25,313 bases of DNA from a virus. Lineage: Duplodnaviria > Caudoviricetes. Position numbers and translations under genes: made by a program. Below the pieces are notes generated by a model that ran no database searches, had not been told where the DNA came from, and saw nothing but the letters and a program-made list of their open reading frames with translations. The stretch lies in the IMG/VR virus record IMGVR_UViG_3300025751_000131, positions 1 to 25,313 of that record; one strand, 5' to 3'. Shown piece by piece: positions 1-10,300 of the stretch. Position 1 is the stretch's first letter. The number at the start of each line of letters is the position of its first letter.

Positions 1-3000
1 TGCAAAGGCAATGTAATCGCGGAACTCTTGGTAATGTTCGTGCGCTTTGCCTTGCTCAATCTTTTTGCGACCTAAGTGACGATAGCCTCTGCGGATCGCT
101 TCGCCCCACCACTTGTCGTGCAAGTTGTGCATGCACCATACGACTGCCTCGCGCTTCATGCTTGGTGTAAAACCTCCAGCAGATACGGCGTGCGTTGCGA
201 TTACGCAGCCATCGTCACTGCCGCCGCCACCACCGCCGCCACCGCCGCCGCCACCGCCGGAAGGAGTAGGCGCTGCTAAGAATGGTGGAATGGTGTTTGT
301 TGGTTGAGCTCCTATAAATGAAGCTGGAAGATTTGTTGGATTGTATATAGATCCGGTGGGGTTTGCTCCTCCCTCTGCCAATATAGCTCCTTGAATTGTT
401 TCTGGTTGTGTATTCGTTGTTGTTGGATAAGTTCCAATTGCACTGTATTCAGAATACTCGTAATAAGGAGCGAGATCTGGTCTTGCATCAATTGCCTGAT
501 TATACAAAGCTAATGCATCATAATAATCCATTCCCTGCGTAGCATCTTGAGGTAGACCTGCCAGACCTAAGAGTTCATTTAATCTATTTGCACCATTTTG
601 ACCAAGATTTGGTCCTAGCTGATTTATAACTGTTATACCAGGAAGTGGTGGTGGTTGAGGAAGATCTACTACTGGAGGAGGTGGTGGTTCATCAGCACCT
701 GGAGTTGGATAATAAGTGTCAATACTAGTAGGAATTTGTTCTACTGGTTCTTGATAAGGTGGTTCAATTGTTCCTATAACGGTAGAACCTACAAGCTCAT
801 TATCTCCAACTTGAGTAACATCTTGAGTTTCTGTGACCATCTCGGTCACGACATCGGCATTTCTAACAATAATTATATTTTCCTGTACAGTATCTAAAGT
901 TCCTTGAGCAAAATAAGTTTTCTCTGCTGCTGTGCTCACAGTACCCAAAATGAGAGAATTTGCAGAACTACTTGTAACTTTAAAAACTTTACTTCCAGTT
1001 TCAAATTTTGGATTTACATCCACATTTGGATTAGGTATGTAGAAACAACCAATGACATCCCCAATTTGATCTGTGTAAAGGTCTAAGGAAGTTACTCTTG
1101 CAGTTGCTCCACTAGTTCTACCTCTCAAAACCATTCCAACTTCTGGTTTTGAATAGTATTCGCCTTGAGATTTATCTGCTAAAGAATAAGTATCAATGTT
1201 TACTATAGTAGAAGATGAAGAATATGTTGATGATAATGTTAAATTTCTATCATATGGATTTTTTTGTATTGTTTTTGATGGACTATCATATGGTCCAAAT
1301 TTATGATTTTGTTGTGCAACTCTAGCACTAAAAGTTGGCAAAGGTGTGCAAACTGTCGCAGAAACATCTCCAGATCCATTTGATAGTTTATAACCATCTC
1401 CAGAATATCCAGTTACAGTCTCTCCAACCGTAAAAGCGCCATCCAACATAGTAACTTGTATTAATTTTGGCATAATGTATTTTGTTACATCACGACCATC
1501 AAAGAATGAATATAATTGAGTAAATGGTTTTAATTTTCTTCCAGTAAATTCGATATTTCTAGATCTCATGTAAGGAATTACCGTAGAATCTAAAACTTGA
1601 TCTCCAAAGGAAGTGGTTTCGAAAGATTCTTTAGCAATTTTAATAGTTCCTGTTCTGGTTTGTGTTCCAGTCTCTGTTACTTGTTCATATTCTTCAAGTA
1701 TTATTTCATTTCCAACAGTAACTTCTTGAGAAGTTTCTGTTACTGTTTGTCCTGTCCAAATAACTTCCCAAGAATTGTAAACTGCAGGACTAAATCCAGA
1801 CTGTTGATCAAATCCTTCATCCTCAAGTTCCAATTCTGTTTTTACGAAATCGCCTTCAGCATTTACGACCAGAGGTTCAACGCGAATTTGATCTGTCCAA
1901 GTATCTGATGATGGGAACAACTCCAATGAACCATTAAACTCTGAAGTGGTATATGGTGCTGCGCATGTCACTTGACTTGCATATGGTTGAATTATCTCAG
2001 GAACTTGTTGATATTTAAGAGTCAACAATTGACCAGTTCTTATTGTATTTTTATCAAAAGCAAGTCCAGGAGTGCCAGTTCCTACAAATCTATAATCTGT
2101 GGATGCTTTGAATGTCGGAGTAAAACCATAATAATTTAAATCTATCTGTGTAGAATAATGTGATGGTCTCAGCTCTGCATTTTTAATATCTATTGAATTC
2201 TTTGTTCCAACTACTTTCTTTTGGTTTCTTGTTGTTGAAAAATCATCAACAAAGAAACCTGACTTAAATCTATTTAATCCATCAGCATCAGTAATTTGTA
2301 AGTTTGAGGTTTCAGATTCTAGTATTGAAAGTGATGTATAATACTCAAGATTTCTAATTCTATCTTCAAGTTTTTTGATGTCTGACATCTTATATCTCTT
2401 ATAATCTGTCAGAGTTATTTTTGCGTCTTTTATATCACACAAATAAGCTGGAAGTTCAATCTTTGCAACTTCAATAGAATTTTCTATTGGTTGCGCCTTC
2501 TTTGGAGACTCTGAAGGTTCTCCCAGTCGTAATTGGAACTTACCGTCTTTAGAGAGGTAAATTGTATCTATTCTTGGTAAGTAGAATGAAATATTTGCAA
2601 TAAAAGCTTCATCAGAAGCTAAGATATGCTTGGAAGAATTTTTACTCGCACTAATACTTCTACCCAAAAATTCAAAAGGTGATCTTGTATTTTCTGCAAC
2701 AGTGTATTGAGGAACTCTTGGTCTGATATCAATAACATCAGAATTCCTAATACCATTAATTTTAAGTATATTGCAGAAGTCAAATTGATCATATGAATTT
2801 ACAGTCGTTATGTCTCCAGAATCAGAATCTGAAAAACTCGCTGACTCAAATACAATTTTTATTCTCTTTGATGGTTCTTTTTTATTCTCTTTTCTTACAA
2901 TTTTTGAATAATCGTATAAAGTATTTTTTTGTTCAGTTTTTAAAATATAACTTGATGTTATATCTTTGTCTCCTGGGTCTGTTGAAGATACGACCGCATT

Positions 3001-5751
3001 AATACCAGAATCCTTAAAGGTTAAAACTTCTCCTGGAATTATAGCTGGTGTTGAAAGTTTAGAATATGCTATTTTAAGGTTACTGGTTTTCTCTACAAGA
3101 ACTCCAACACAGTTGCTAACAGAACCAAAAAACTCTTCCCCAAGTATTAAATCTGAGGTTGTTCCAGACGCACTATCTAAACTTGAGAATACTATTGAAG
3201 GTAATGTGGGATCTGAAATATTATCAGACTCATAAATTCCTACAATTTTATTTACATCACATTGGTTCAAACAAATTTCTTCATCTTGAACTCTTGTGCC
3301 ATAAGCATAATTTCCATATTGCAATCCATCATTTAAAGTCGTGGTTCCTATTCCGGAAGACACATACTTTGACTTATTTACTATTATTGAGTTTACTCTA
3401 TTTCTATTTTTTACTTTAGAAGAAATGTTAGTTTTCCTTAAAGTTGCTATTAAACGTGCATTTCCATCATTACTCAGACCTTTTATTGTTATTGAAGTTG
3501 ATGCTGAGATATCAATTTTATCTGGAGTAAGTTCTTCAGTTACTCCATTAGAATTTGTTAAGCAATATCTTTCTTCGTCAAAAGGTAAGAATGTAAGGTC
3601 ATCTCCAGCAGCCTGTGTCAATTGACCTGCTGTAACTACAACATCATACTGCTTTCTGACAGTTAAGTCAGAATCAGTTAAATCTACAGAGCTAATATTT
3701 GCCTTTGGTAGTCTTGTGTAAAGAGTGTTGTCTGAGGATCTTTGATATGATGATTTTAAAATCTTAAAGTCTGGTGGTGATATTTCTGTATTTGGCAATA
3801 TGCCGCTACAAACTCCAGCAACAGTTTCAATATTTTCTATTCTTATCCCAGAACTTGATATGCTAACAACTTTGGAATAATTTGGAAGTTGAGAACCTGG
3901 ATTTGTAAAAGAAACTAAAGAATTTATTTTTAAGGAATTTGAAAAATTATAGTCTGCTGAAGTTACAAAACTTTGACCCAAAATATCTGCGGAAGTTATT
4001 CCTACAAATCCAACATCAATAGAAGTATTTTGTTTTACATCAGCACTAAAGATGTAAGTTCCTGCGGTATCTGATCCATATACAGATTTTACATCGCTTG
4101 GACTATACGAATTTACACTAGTAGATATTCTTGTATTTTCTATTCCATCAAAAGTAAATGTTTCCCCAATTACAAAATTTCCACTTGAGTTATAAGCAGT
4201 AATAATTCCAGAGTTTGAAACATCAAACCTTAAATACGCAACAGCTCCACTAGAATTTCCTTTAATTCTAGTTGGTGTTTGTAGTGTTATAGGCTCATTT
4301 AATGTAATTTCTGTATATGTTTGTACGTCATATAAAGAAAGATCCCACTCATTTGAGTCTGGAAAATTTGTGCTATATGAACCAGATTCTAATGCAAAAT
4401 CATAAACTCTTGCAAGACCAATTTCTTTTCCTGAAGCAACGGTTTGATCTGAACCAACTCTATCTTGCTGAAGGCTGATATAGTAATCTGAAAAACCTAC
4501 CTTTGGAGATCCATAAACTCTATTTAATGTGTATGTAGGTCCTGTAAAATAGTTTATACTTTGCTTCTCTAAAGTTTTTGTCGTTCTTGGTTTTTTGAAA
4601 TCCAAATAGGTAGAACCTATTGTCTTTACTTCAAATCCAAGGACATATGCTTTTGTTGGAGATACAACATAAGTACCTAAACTCTCGCTTGGAGTATTTC
4701 CATTATAAGTTTCTCTGTCGGGAGAAAATACACCATTATTTCCTTTAAAGTTATTTAAAGTTTCTTTTAAAACTAATTTTGGCGATCTTACATAGTAATT
4801 TCCAGATTCATCGAAGGTTCTTCTTGCAAATTCTTCTGATATTTCACTATACTGAGTAAGATTTCTTGAAGTTATTTCAACTCCATCTCTTATCTCTGAA
4901 ATTGTTATAAAATCATTACTTGAGTTATCATTTAAACCTACTTTATCTAATCTAGCGGATACTTTAAATCTATCAGCTCCTGGAGCAGCAAAGTTAGAAA
5001 ATCCGTTCGAATTATCATTCAAACTGGGATCTTGGTCTGAAGTTATTATCTTTTCACTTATTCTAAGTCCAACCTTAAAATTACCTTTATTTTTATATTG
5101 GTCTAAAAGAATGGTTGAAAAGTTTACATTAACAAAAAATCCTCTAATAAAAAATGTACCATTTTCAATAGTTGCAGCAGAAGCTAATCCAGTTGCATCA
5201 AAATTTCTAGTTAAACAAAAACCTTCTCCTGCAGCAAGAGAAAGTTGCACTCCATTTGATAATGATACGGATTGTCCATCAGTTGGAAAATTTGACTCAA
5301 CTGCCAAAACTTCTCCAGAAATAAACCTTTCACTTCTAGCACTATCGGTTCCTGGACTAATATATTTTACATATAAAGTTGTTGAACCAATATAAGAATT
5401 TCTATTTGATATGCTAAAAATTATCTCTGCTCTTACTCCACTAGTCTTTCCAAAAATAATTGTACCATTCAGAGCCTTTATAATAGTATTAACATCATTT
5501 CCAAAATATAAGTTCTCTAAAATTACATAATCTAATCTATTGTTGTAAGATAACTCTCCACCTAGAACTCTAGAACCATCTGTAAAAATATGGGTTCCAA
5601 ATCTTTCAATTTGCTTTTGGAGTATTGACTGTAATGTAGTTAGCTCTCTTGCTTGAACAGGATAACCTGGTTTAAACAATACTCTATGATAGTCTACAGT
5701 ACTATAGTCATCAAAATATGGATATACGTTTAAATTAGTTTCCTGTGGCAT
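1..5751 (-). CDS. Large virion structural protein, DUF4815-type (cyanophage tail/baseplate-associated); 3'-truncated by window edge, >=1917 aa
   Basis: Not in the ORF track, presumably because no stop falls in the window. ATG at 5751 gives MPQETNLNVYPYFDDY. The same frame, spot-checked by hand, gives SLNDNSNGFSNFAAPGADR (~4975-5025) and KRYKMSDIKKLEDRIRNLEY (2341-2400), and is open over 1-960. These motifs and the position after gp8 match the conserved T4-like cyanophage structural protein. Not every codon was checked. Confidence 0.88.
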   Translation of the reverse strand, partial: MPQETNLNVYPYFDDYSTVDYHRVLFKPGYPVQARELTTLQSILQKQIERFGTHIFTDGSRVLGGELSYNNRLDYVILENLYFGNDVNTIIKALNGTIIFGKTSGVRAEIIFSISNRNSYIGSTTLYVKYISPGTDSARSERFISGEVLAVESNFPTDGQSVSLSNGVQLSLAAGEGFCLTRNFDATGLASAATIENGTFFIRGFFVNVNFSTILLDQYKNKGNFKVGLRISEKIITSDQDPSLNDNSNGFSNFAAPGADRFKVSARLDKVGLNDNSSNDFITISEIRDGVEITSRNLTQYSEISEEFARRTFDESGNYYVRSPKLVLKETLNNFKGNNGVFSPDRETYNGNTPSESLGTYVVSPTKAYVLGFEVKTIGSTYLDFKKPRTTKTLEKQSINYFTGPTYTLNRVYGSPKVGFSDYYISLQQDRVGSDQTVASGKEIGLARVYDFALESGSYSTNFPDSNEWDLSLYDVQTYTEITLNEPITLQTPTRIKGNSSGAVAYLRFDVSNSGIITAYNSSGNFVIGETFTFDGIENTRISTSVNSYSPSDVKSVYGSDTAGTYIFSADVKQNTSIDVGFVGITSADILGQSFVTSADYNFSNSLKINSLVSFTNPGSQLPNYSKVVSISSSGIRIENIETVAGVCSGILPNTEISPPDFKILKSSYQRSSDNTLYTRLPKANISSVDLTDSDLTVRKQYDVVVTAGQLTQAAGDDLTFLPFDEERYCLTNSNGVTEELTPDKIDISASTSITIKGLSNDGNARLIATLRKTNISSKVKNRNRVNSIIVNKSKYVSSGIGTTTLNDGLQYGNYAYGTRVQDEEICLNQCDVNKIVGIYESDNISDPTLPSIVFSSLDSASGTTSDLILGEEFFGSVSNCVGVLVEKTSNLKIAYSKLSTPAIIPGEVLTFKDSGINAVVSSTDPGDKDITSSYILKTEQKNTLYDYSKIVRKENKKEPSKRIKIVFESASFSDSDSGDITTVNSYDQFDFCNILKINGIRNSDVIDIRPRVPQYTVAENTRSPFEFLGRSISASKNSSKHILASDEAFIANISFYLPRIDTIYLSKDGKFQLRLGEPSESPKKAQPIENSIEVAKIELPAYLCDIKDAKITLTDYKRYKMSDIKKLEDRIRNLEYYTSLSILESETSNLQITDADGLNRFKSGFFVDDFSTTRNQKKVVGTKNSIDIKNAELRPSHYSTQIDLNYYGFTPTFKASTDYRFVGTGTPGLAFDKNTIRTGQLLTLKYQQVPEIIQPYASQVTCAAPYTTSEFNGSLELFPSSDTWTDQIRVEPLVVNAEGDFVKTELELEDEGFDQQSGFSPAVYNSWEVIWTGQTVTETSQEVTVGNEIILEEYEQVTETGTQTRTGTIKIAKESFETTSFGDQVLDSTVIPYMRSRNIEFTGRKLKPFTQLYSFFDGRDVTKYIMPKLIQVTMLDGAFTVGETVTGYSGDGYKLSNGSGDVSATVCTPLPTFSARVAQQNHKFGPYDSPSKTIQKNPYDRNLTLSSTYSSSSTIVNIDTYSLADKSQGEYYSKPEVGMVLRGRTSGATARVTSLDLYTDQIGDVIGCFYIPNPNVDVNPKFETGSKVFKVTSSSANSLILGTVSTAAEKTYFAQGTLDTVQENIIIVRNADVVTEMVTETQDVTQVGDNELVGSTVIGTIEPPYQEPVEQIPTSIDTYYPTPGADEPPPPPVVDLPQPPPLPGITVINQLGPNLGQNGANRLNELLGLAGLPQDATQGMDYYDALALYNQAIDARPDLAPYYEYSEYSAIGTYPTTTNTQPETIQGAILAEGGANPTGSIYNPTNLPASFIGAQPTNTIPPFLAAPTPSGGGGGGGGGGGGGSDDGCVIATHAVSAGGFTPSMKREAVVWCMHNLHDKWWGEAIRRGYRHLGRKKIEQGKAHEHYQEFRDYIAFA
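220..258 (-). repeat. GGY codon run encoding 13 consecutive Gly (linker)
   Basis: Plus strand reads gcc/acc triplets x13, in frame with the 1..5751 CDS. Confidence 0.9.
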
Positions 5752-5761
5752 GATTTTTTAC

Positions 5762-7339
5762 TTAGAATTGTAAAATAACCTTAATATCTTCTTTTTGATT
5801 TGCAGACCTAATTACTGATGGTCTGTTATCGACATATATTATGTTTCCTGAGTATTTTTCAACCTCTGGATTTGATATGCCTGAATCAAAATTTTGTCCT
5901 AGATTATATGTTGTCGTATTATTTATGACTGTTGTGATACCAGAAAAACTGGTATCAATGTCTAAATTTATACTCCCTCCAGAAATTGTTAAAGAACCGC
6001 CAGTATCTGGGGAAGATGTAAAGTTATTAACTTTATATCCAAAGTCTGGATCTGTTGAAGATAATTCTAGTGTTGCTGTATTAAAACCAACAAGCGATCT
6101 ATCTTGCCAATACTTTAGGACTCCAGTTTTGTTGTCATAGTATATTACTCTAGCAACAACTGTGACTCCAACACCAATTGTTTGTGTGATTATTTGATTT
6201 TCTGCAAAAATAGCATTTTCATAATCTAAAGAAGAAGTAATTCCAATTAATTTTATTGCACCCAAAGAACTTGCTTTATCTACGCTAAGAAGTTGCTCGG
6301 AAGAATATTTTTTCGGATCCTTTATAACTCCTATGCGAGCAACTTTATTACCGACAACAAAATCTGGATTTAAGATATCATTTTCTATTCTGGAGTATAT
6401 CAATACATTATATGCACCAAGCTCTCGGTATATGTCTGCCCCATGACCTCCTGGAGGTGGTATTACTACCTCAAATACGGGTTTATCTGAAGCACTAGGT
6501 ATCACTAAACCTCCTGAAGCAAGATCTAACTTTCCAAAAGTATATCCAGATCCTCCGGATGTTATATTTACAGATTCTACAGTGGAGTCTTCTCCAACAA
6601 CAACTGTTGCCTTTGCTCCAGTACCATCTCCAACTATATCTATATTAGTATAAGTTCTTTTTGATCCTAAATTTGAACCTCTATTTTTTATAATAGCAAC
6701 TTTTAATTGTCCACTAAATTTTGCATTGTCTCTTATTAGAGAATAATCTGCAGAACTCCAATCTAAAGGAACTGGAATGTAGTTTAAAGAATCAAATTTT
6801 ACAACTTCACTGGGTTTTAGAGTATATAGATACTTCCACAAATAACCATCTCCACTATCTCCTGCAGTTCTTGGCTCCAGATCTGTAAAAGTTGGTTCAT
6901 CTAAAGAAGGTCTTCCATCTGGATTATCTGGGTTTATTCCATTGTTAAGACAAATATAAACTCTATATTCACTGTTTATTACATAATAGTTCGCAGAATA
7001 TAAACTAGTCTGTCCAGTAGGGGATGAAGTTTTATCCCTACTTACATCATTTCTGTACATATCATAAGTGGTCCCGGAAGTCCACTCATTCTTTCTCACA
7101 ACTCTTCTAACGTCATTTTCTTTATTGACCTTTTTCAGGGCAATAATAGTATCCCAAATATCATTAGAGTAATTAAAAGAATCTATTGGTGCATCTGGTG
7201 ATGCATCCCAATTTGGATTATAATCGGATGCATTTGTCAAACCAACAAATGTATAATATGCGGTATCTGTAGAACCAATAGAATTTACAAGGTTTTCCGA
7301 GTTTAATATTCTAAATTGATCAGTTATAATTGCTGACAT
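5762..7339 (-). CDS. gp8: Baseplate wedge subunit gp8
   Basis: 525 aa. N-terminus MSAIITDQFRILN, motifs W-x-SGTTYDMYR, VYICLNNG, GDGYLWKYLYT, and C-terminus IIYVDNR...QKEDIKVILQF. Synteny gp25-gp6-gp7-gp8. Confidence 0.9.
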   Translation of the reverse strand: MSAIITDQFRILNSENLVNSIGSTDTAYYTFVGLTNASDYNPNWDASPDAPIDSFNYSNDIWDTIIALKKVNKENDVRRVVRKNEWTSGTTYDMYRNDVSRDKTSSPTGQTSLYSANYYVINSEYRVYICLNNGINPDNPDGRPSLDEPTFTDLEPRTAGDSGDGYLWKYLYTLKPSEVVKFDSLNYIPVPLDWSSADYSLIRDNAKFSGQLKVAIIKNRGSNLGSKRTYTNIDIVGDGTGAKATVVVGEDSTVESVNITSGGSGYTFGKLDLASGGLVIPSASDKPVFEVVIPPPGGHGADIYRELGAYNVLIYSRIENDILNPDFVVGNKVARIGVIKDPKKYSSEQLLSVDKASSLGAIKLIGITSSLDYENAIFAENQIITQTIGVGVTVVARVIYYDNKTGVLKYWQDRSLVGFNTATLELSSTDPDFGYKVNNFTSSPDTGGSLTISGGSINLDIDTSFSGITTVINNTTTYNLGQNFDSGISNPEVEKYSGNIIYVDNRPSVIRSANQKEDIKVILQF

Positions 7340-7360
7340 TTATCTTAAAAATTTTAAAAC

Positions 7361-7368
7361 TATTTATT
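7361..7368 (-). promoter_or_regulatory. T4-type late promoter (AATAAATA)
   Basis: NATAAATA consensus about 21 nt upstream of the gp8 ATG. Confidence 0.65.
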
Positions 7369-10300
7369 AGACAACGGTATAGGAATTATTTTTCAAAGGA
7401 TTAACTCTTTTTACTGTTGGACTGCTATTCAAACCAACAACTCCATTATTCAAATCAACAACAAATTCTTTAGGATCACTTCTTTTTTCTGCTTCAATAA
7501 GACCCCAAGTAAATTCCCCAAAGAATTTATTTTTTCCAATTCCAGATAGTCCATTATAACTGCTTAAACTTACAGTAACTTCTACCATGCTAACTGGGAA
7601 ACCTGCAGGGAAGCTGTATCCAAGTTCAACTACGTTTGAAACATTTAAAACTTTATATACATTATCCAAGAACAAAGTTCCAATTCCAACAACATTTCCA
7701 GTCTCGTCTAAAGAAACAACTCCATTGCCCACATTAGAATTAAATACTTCAAAGTAATAAGAATCTTTAATTGAACTTTGAGTAATTGTTGGGTTCGTAT
7801 ATTTTGAATCTCTCAAAGGGGAATCTGAAGGTATTAGTAATTGAAATACCAATCCAGTAAGCGCATATCCAACAGAAGTTGTTGTAATTCCACTAATTAT
7901 TCCAAAGTCTCCACTGTACCTGACATCTTTAATATACTCTTTATTAAAGTTTGGCGTTTCTACAATTACTAAAGGTGTAGTATCTGTAGTGTATCCAAAA
8001 CCTGGATTTGTTATACTGATACTAGAAATAGAACCAGAAGAAATTGTGGTAGTTGCTTTAGCTTGTCCCGTAGTACCAATTCCTATTGGACTTGCAATTG
8101 TCAATGAAGGAGCATCCAAATATCCAGAACCACTATCCAATATGTTTACTGAAGTTATTGTCCCTGCAGTTGATACTACTGCAGACAATACTGCAGTCTT
8201 TTTGTCAACATTTTCTATTATTTCTATTTGATCGATATATGAAGTTAAAGCATTTTCATTTTTATAATCAAATGTTTGACTGAGAGTATTTACAAATATC
8301 ATGGTGCTTCCAATACCAACACTCTTTATTAAACTGGAAACTGGGTTTATTCTTGGTTCATATTCAACTCTATTTTTTGTAACATATACACCATTTATTT
8401 TAAAATCTTCTGTTTGTTTACACCAAGCAACTGGTCTAACTGTTTCAAAGTTTGATGAAATTCCAATAGAAGAATATAAGTTTGTGTCTACCGCATTTGG
8501 CGAAAATATGCTATCTACAATTCTAGATTCTTGGGAAAGCTTAGGATTGTTGCTAACTATTTGAAGTGTATCTCCTTCCTTTATAGTATCTTCAATATCA
8601 ACATCAACAACATCTATTCCATCAGTTCCTCGATAAAAAATAACTTTACATTCATCTCCTTCTTTAGGAGCTTCTGTAAATACTATTCTGCTTCCTCCCG
8701 AAAGTGTATAAGACTCATCAGGAACTTGCAAAACATCATTTAAGAATATTAAAATTGTTGCTTTAACATCTATTTCAGAACCTTTTTTAGATATTATAGA
8801 GAAAATATTTCCATTGTCGGTTAAGAAAAAGACCTTTCTCTTACCATCAAATTTTGTACTAAAGTTATCTAATAATTTAAGTCCTCCAACATACCAACCA
8901 GAAAAATTATCTTTAGTAACTTTATCAATTATAATTGAAAACTCTTGGAAAGTTTTTGTTGAATCTAAAGGAATTCCATTTGGATCGCCAGTTTCAACTG
9001 TTAATATATCGCCAGCACGATATGAGTATCCGTAGTTTGTTATAGTAAAGTCTACAACACTAGAACCTTGACCAACAACTATATCAATTTTTGCTTCAGT
9101 TCCAAAACCTGCAGAGTATGATGGTGAATATATTAAAGGAATTCCTGAATATGAAAGTGGATAATCAAAAACTACATCAGGAGGATTTGTTGATGTGTAT
9201 CCTGAACCAGGATTAGTTATACTAACTCCAACAATGCCTCCATTTTGAACCGTAGCTGTTCCAATAAATTCTATATTTGGAATTCCAGAACTATATGTTT
9301 GAACACCAACTCTTACTGTTGGTTGAATTCCAACCCTATATCCAGATCCACTGTTTCCAATACTTACTGAGCTTATTGTTCCTGCAAATGAAACTATTGC
9401 AGTTCCACCTGCAGCAACAAGTGGTTGATATCCAAAACCATTACTGGAAGCGATAGAAACGGGTATTCCACCTCTTGGCACTGATGAGTTATTTGCATCA
9501 TAAGAAACTGAAGTTGCAGTTCCTGTAAAGTTTAATTGAGTATTTGTTAAATTCTCCGTTAAAGTAAAGTCGTTTTCTGGTATTTGTAGTATATTGTTTA
9601 TCAGTATGATTGACCTATCTGTAGAAATTCCTAAAATATCATTACCGTTATTTTTTAAAGTAAAATCTTTACTTACAGCATTAAAATCCTCAGATATATC
9701 GTCAAACAAATAATTTTTTTCGTAAGTTTCAATATTACTGTCAGGAATACCAGAACGAATAAAGACTCTTCCCTGGAAAGAAGACTTTACTTGATCGCTA
9801 CTCACAACACTTCCAAATTCATTTGCGCTTATTGTTTCTCCATAAGGAGCAGATCCAAAAAATATTGTGCTCCCGACTATATTATAATTTCCTTCAATTT
9901 TTTCTATAATACTGTTTGGAGCATGAGATTCTATTCCTGTGCCAAAAACTCCTCTGTTTACAAATACCAAACTGGATCCTGCGTCAACAGAATTAATTTT
10001 CATTATTTCATTTTCAATCTGTATAAAATCTCCAGAAGAAAAACCATCAACATCCAAGAATGTGAGTTCTGAACTTGAACTGTTATTTAAAAGTTGATTT
10101 TGTAAAGTACTTAGACCAACAGAGCTTTTATAAATTGGAGATTGAATGACATTATCTATTGCAATTATGCATTTTTGATTTTGGTTTGTTGATGTAATAT
10201 AATGAGTTTTTCCTATTCCGAGTGAAGTAAAATCTATAAATTTTGGAGATGTTGACAAAGAATTTTCAGCACTGGTTGATAACTTTATAGTTTTCGAATC

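Noticed and set aside
130-210. Intein/Hint domain starting at the Gly-Cys after the Gly13 linker
   Set aside because: The sequence after the Cys (VIATHAVSAGG...W...WW) lacks the CF..GT.V and TxxH Hint blocks in the visible part and looks helical.
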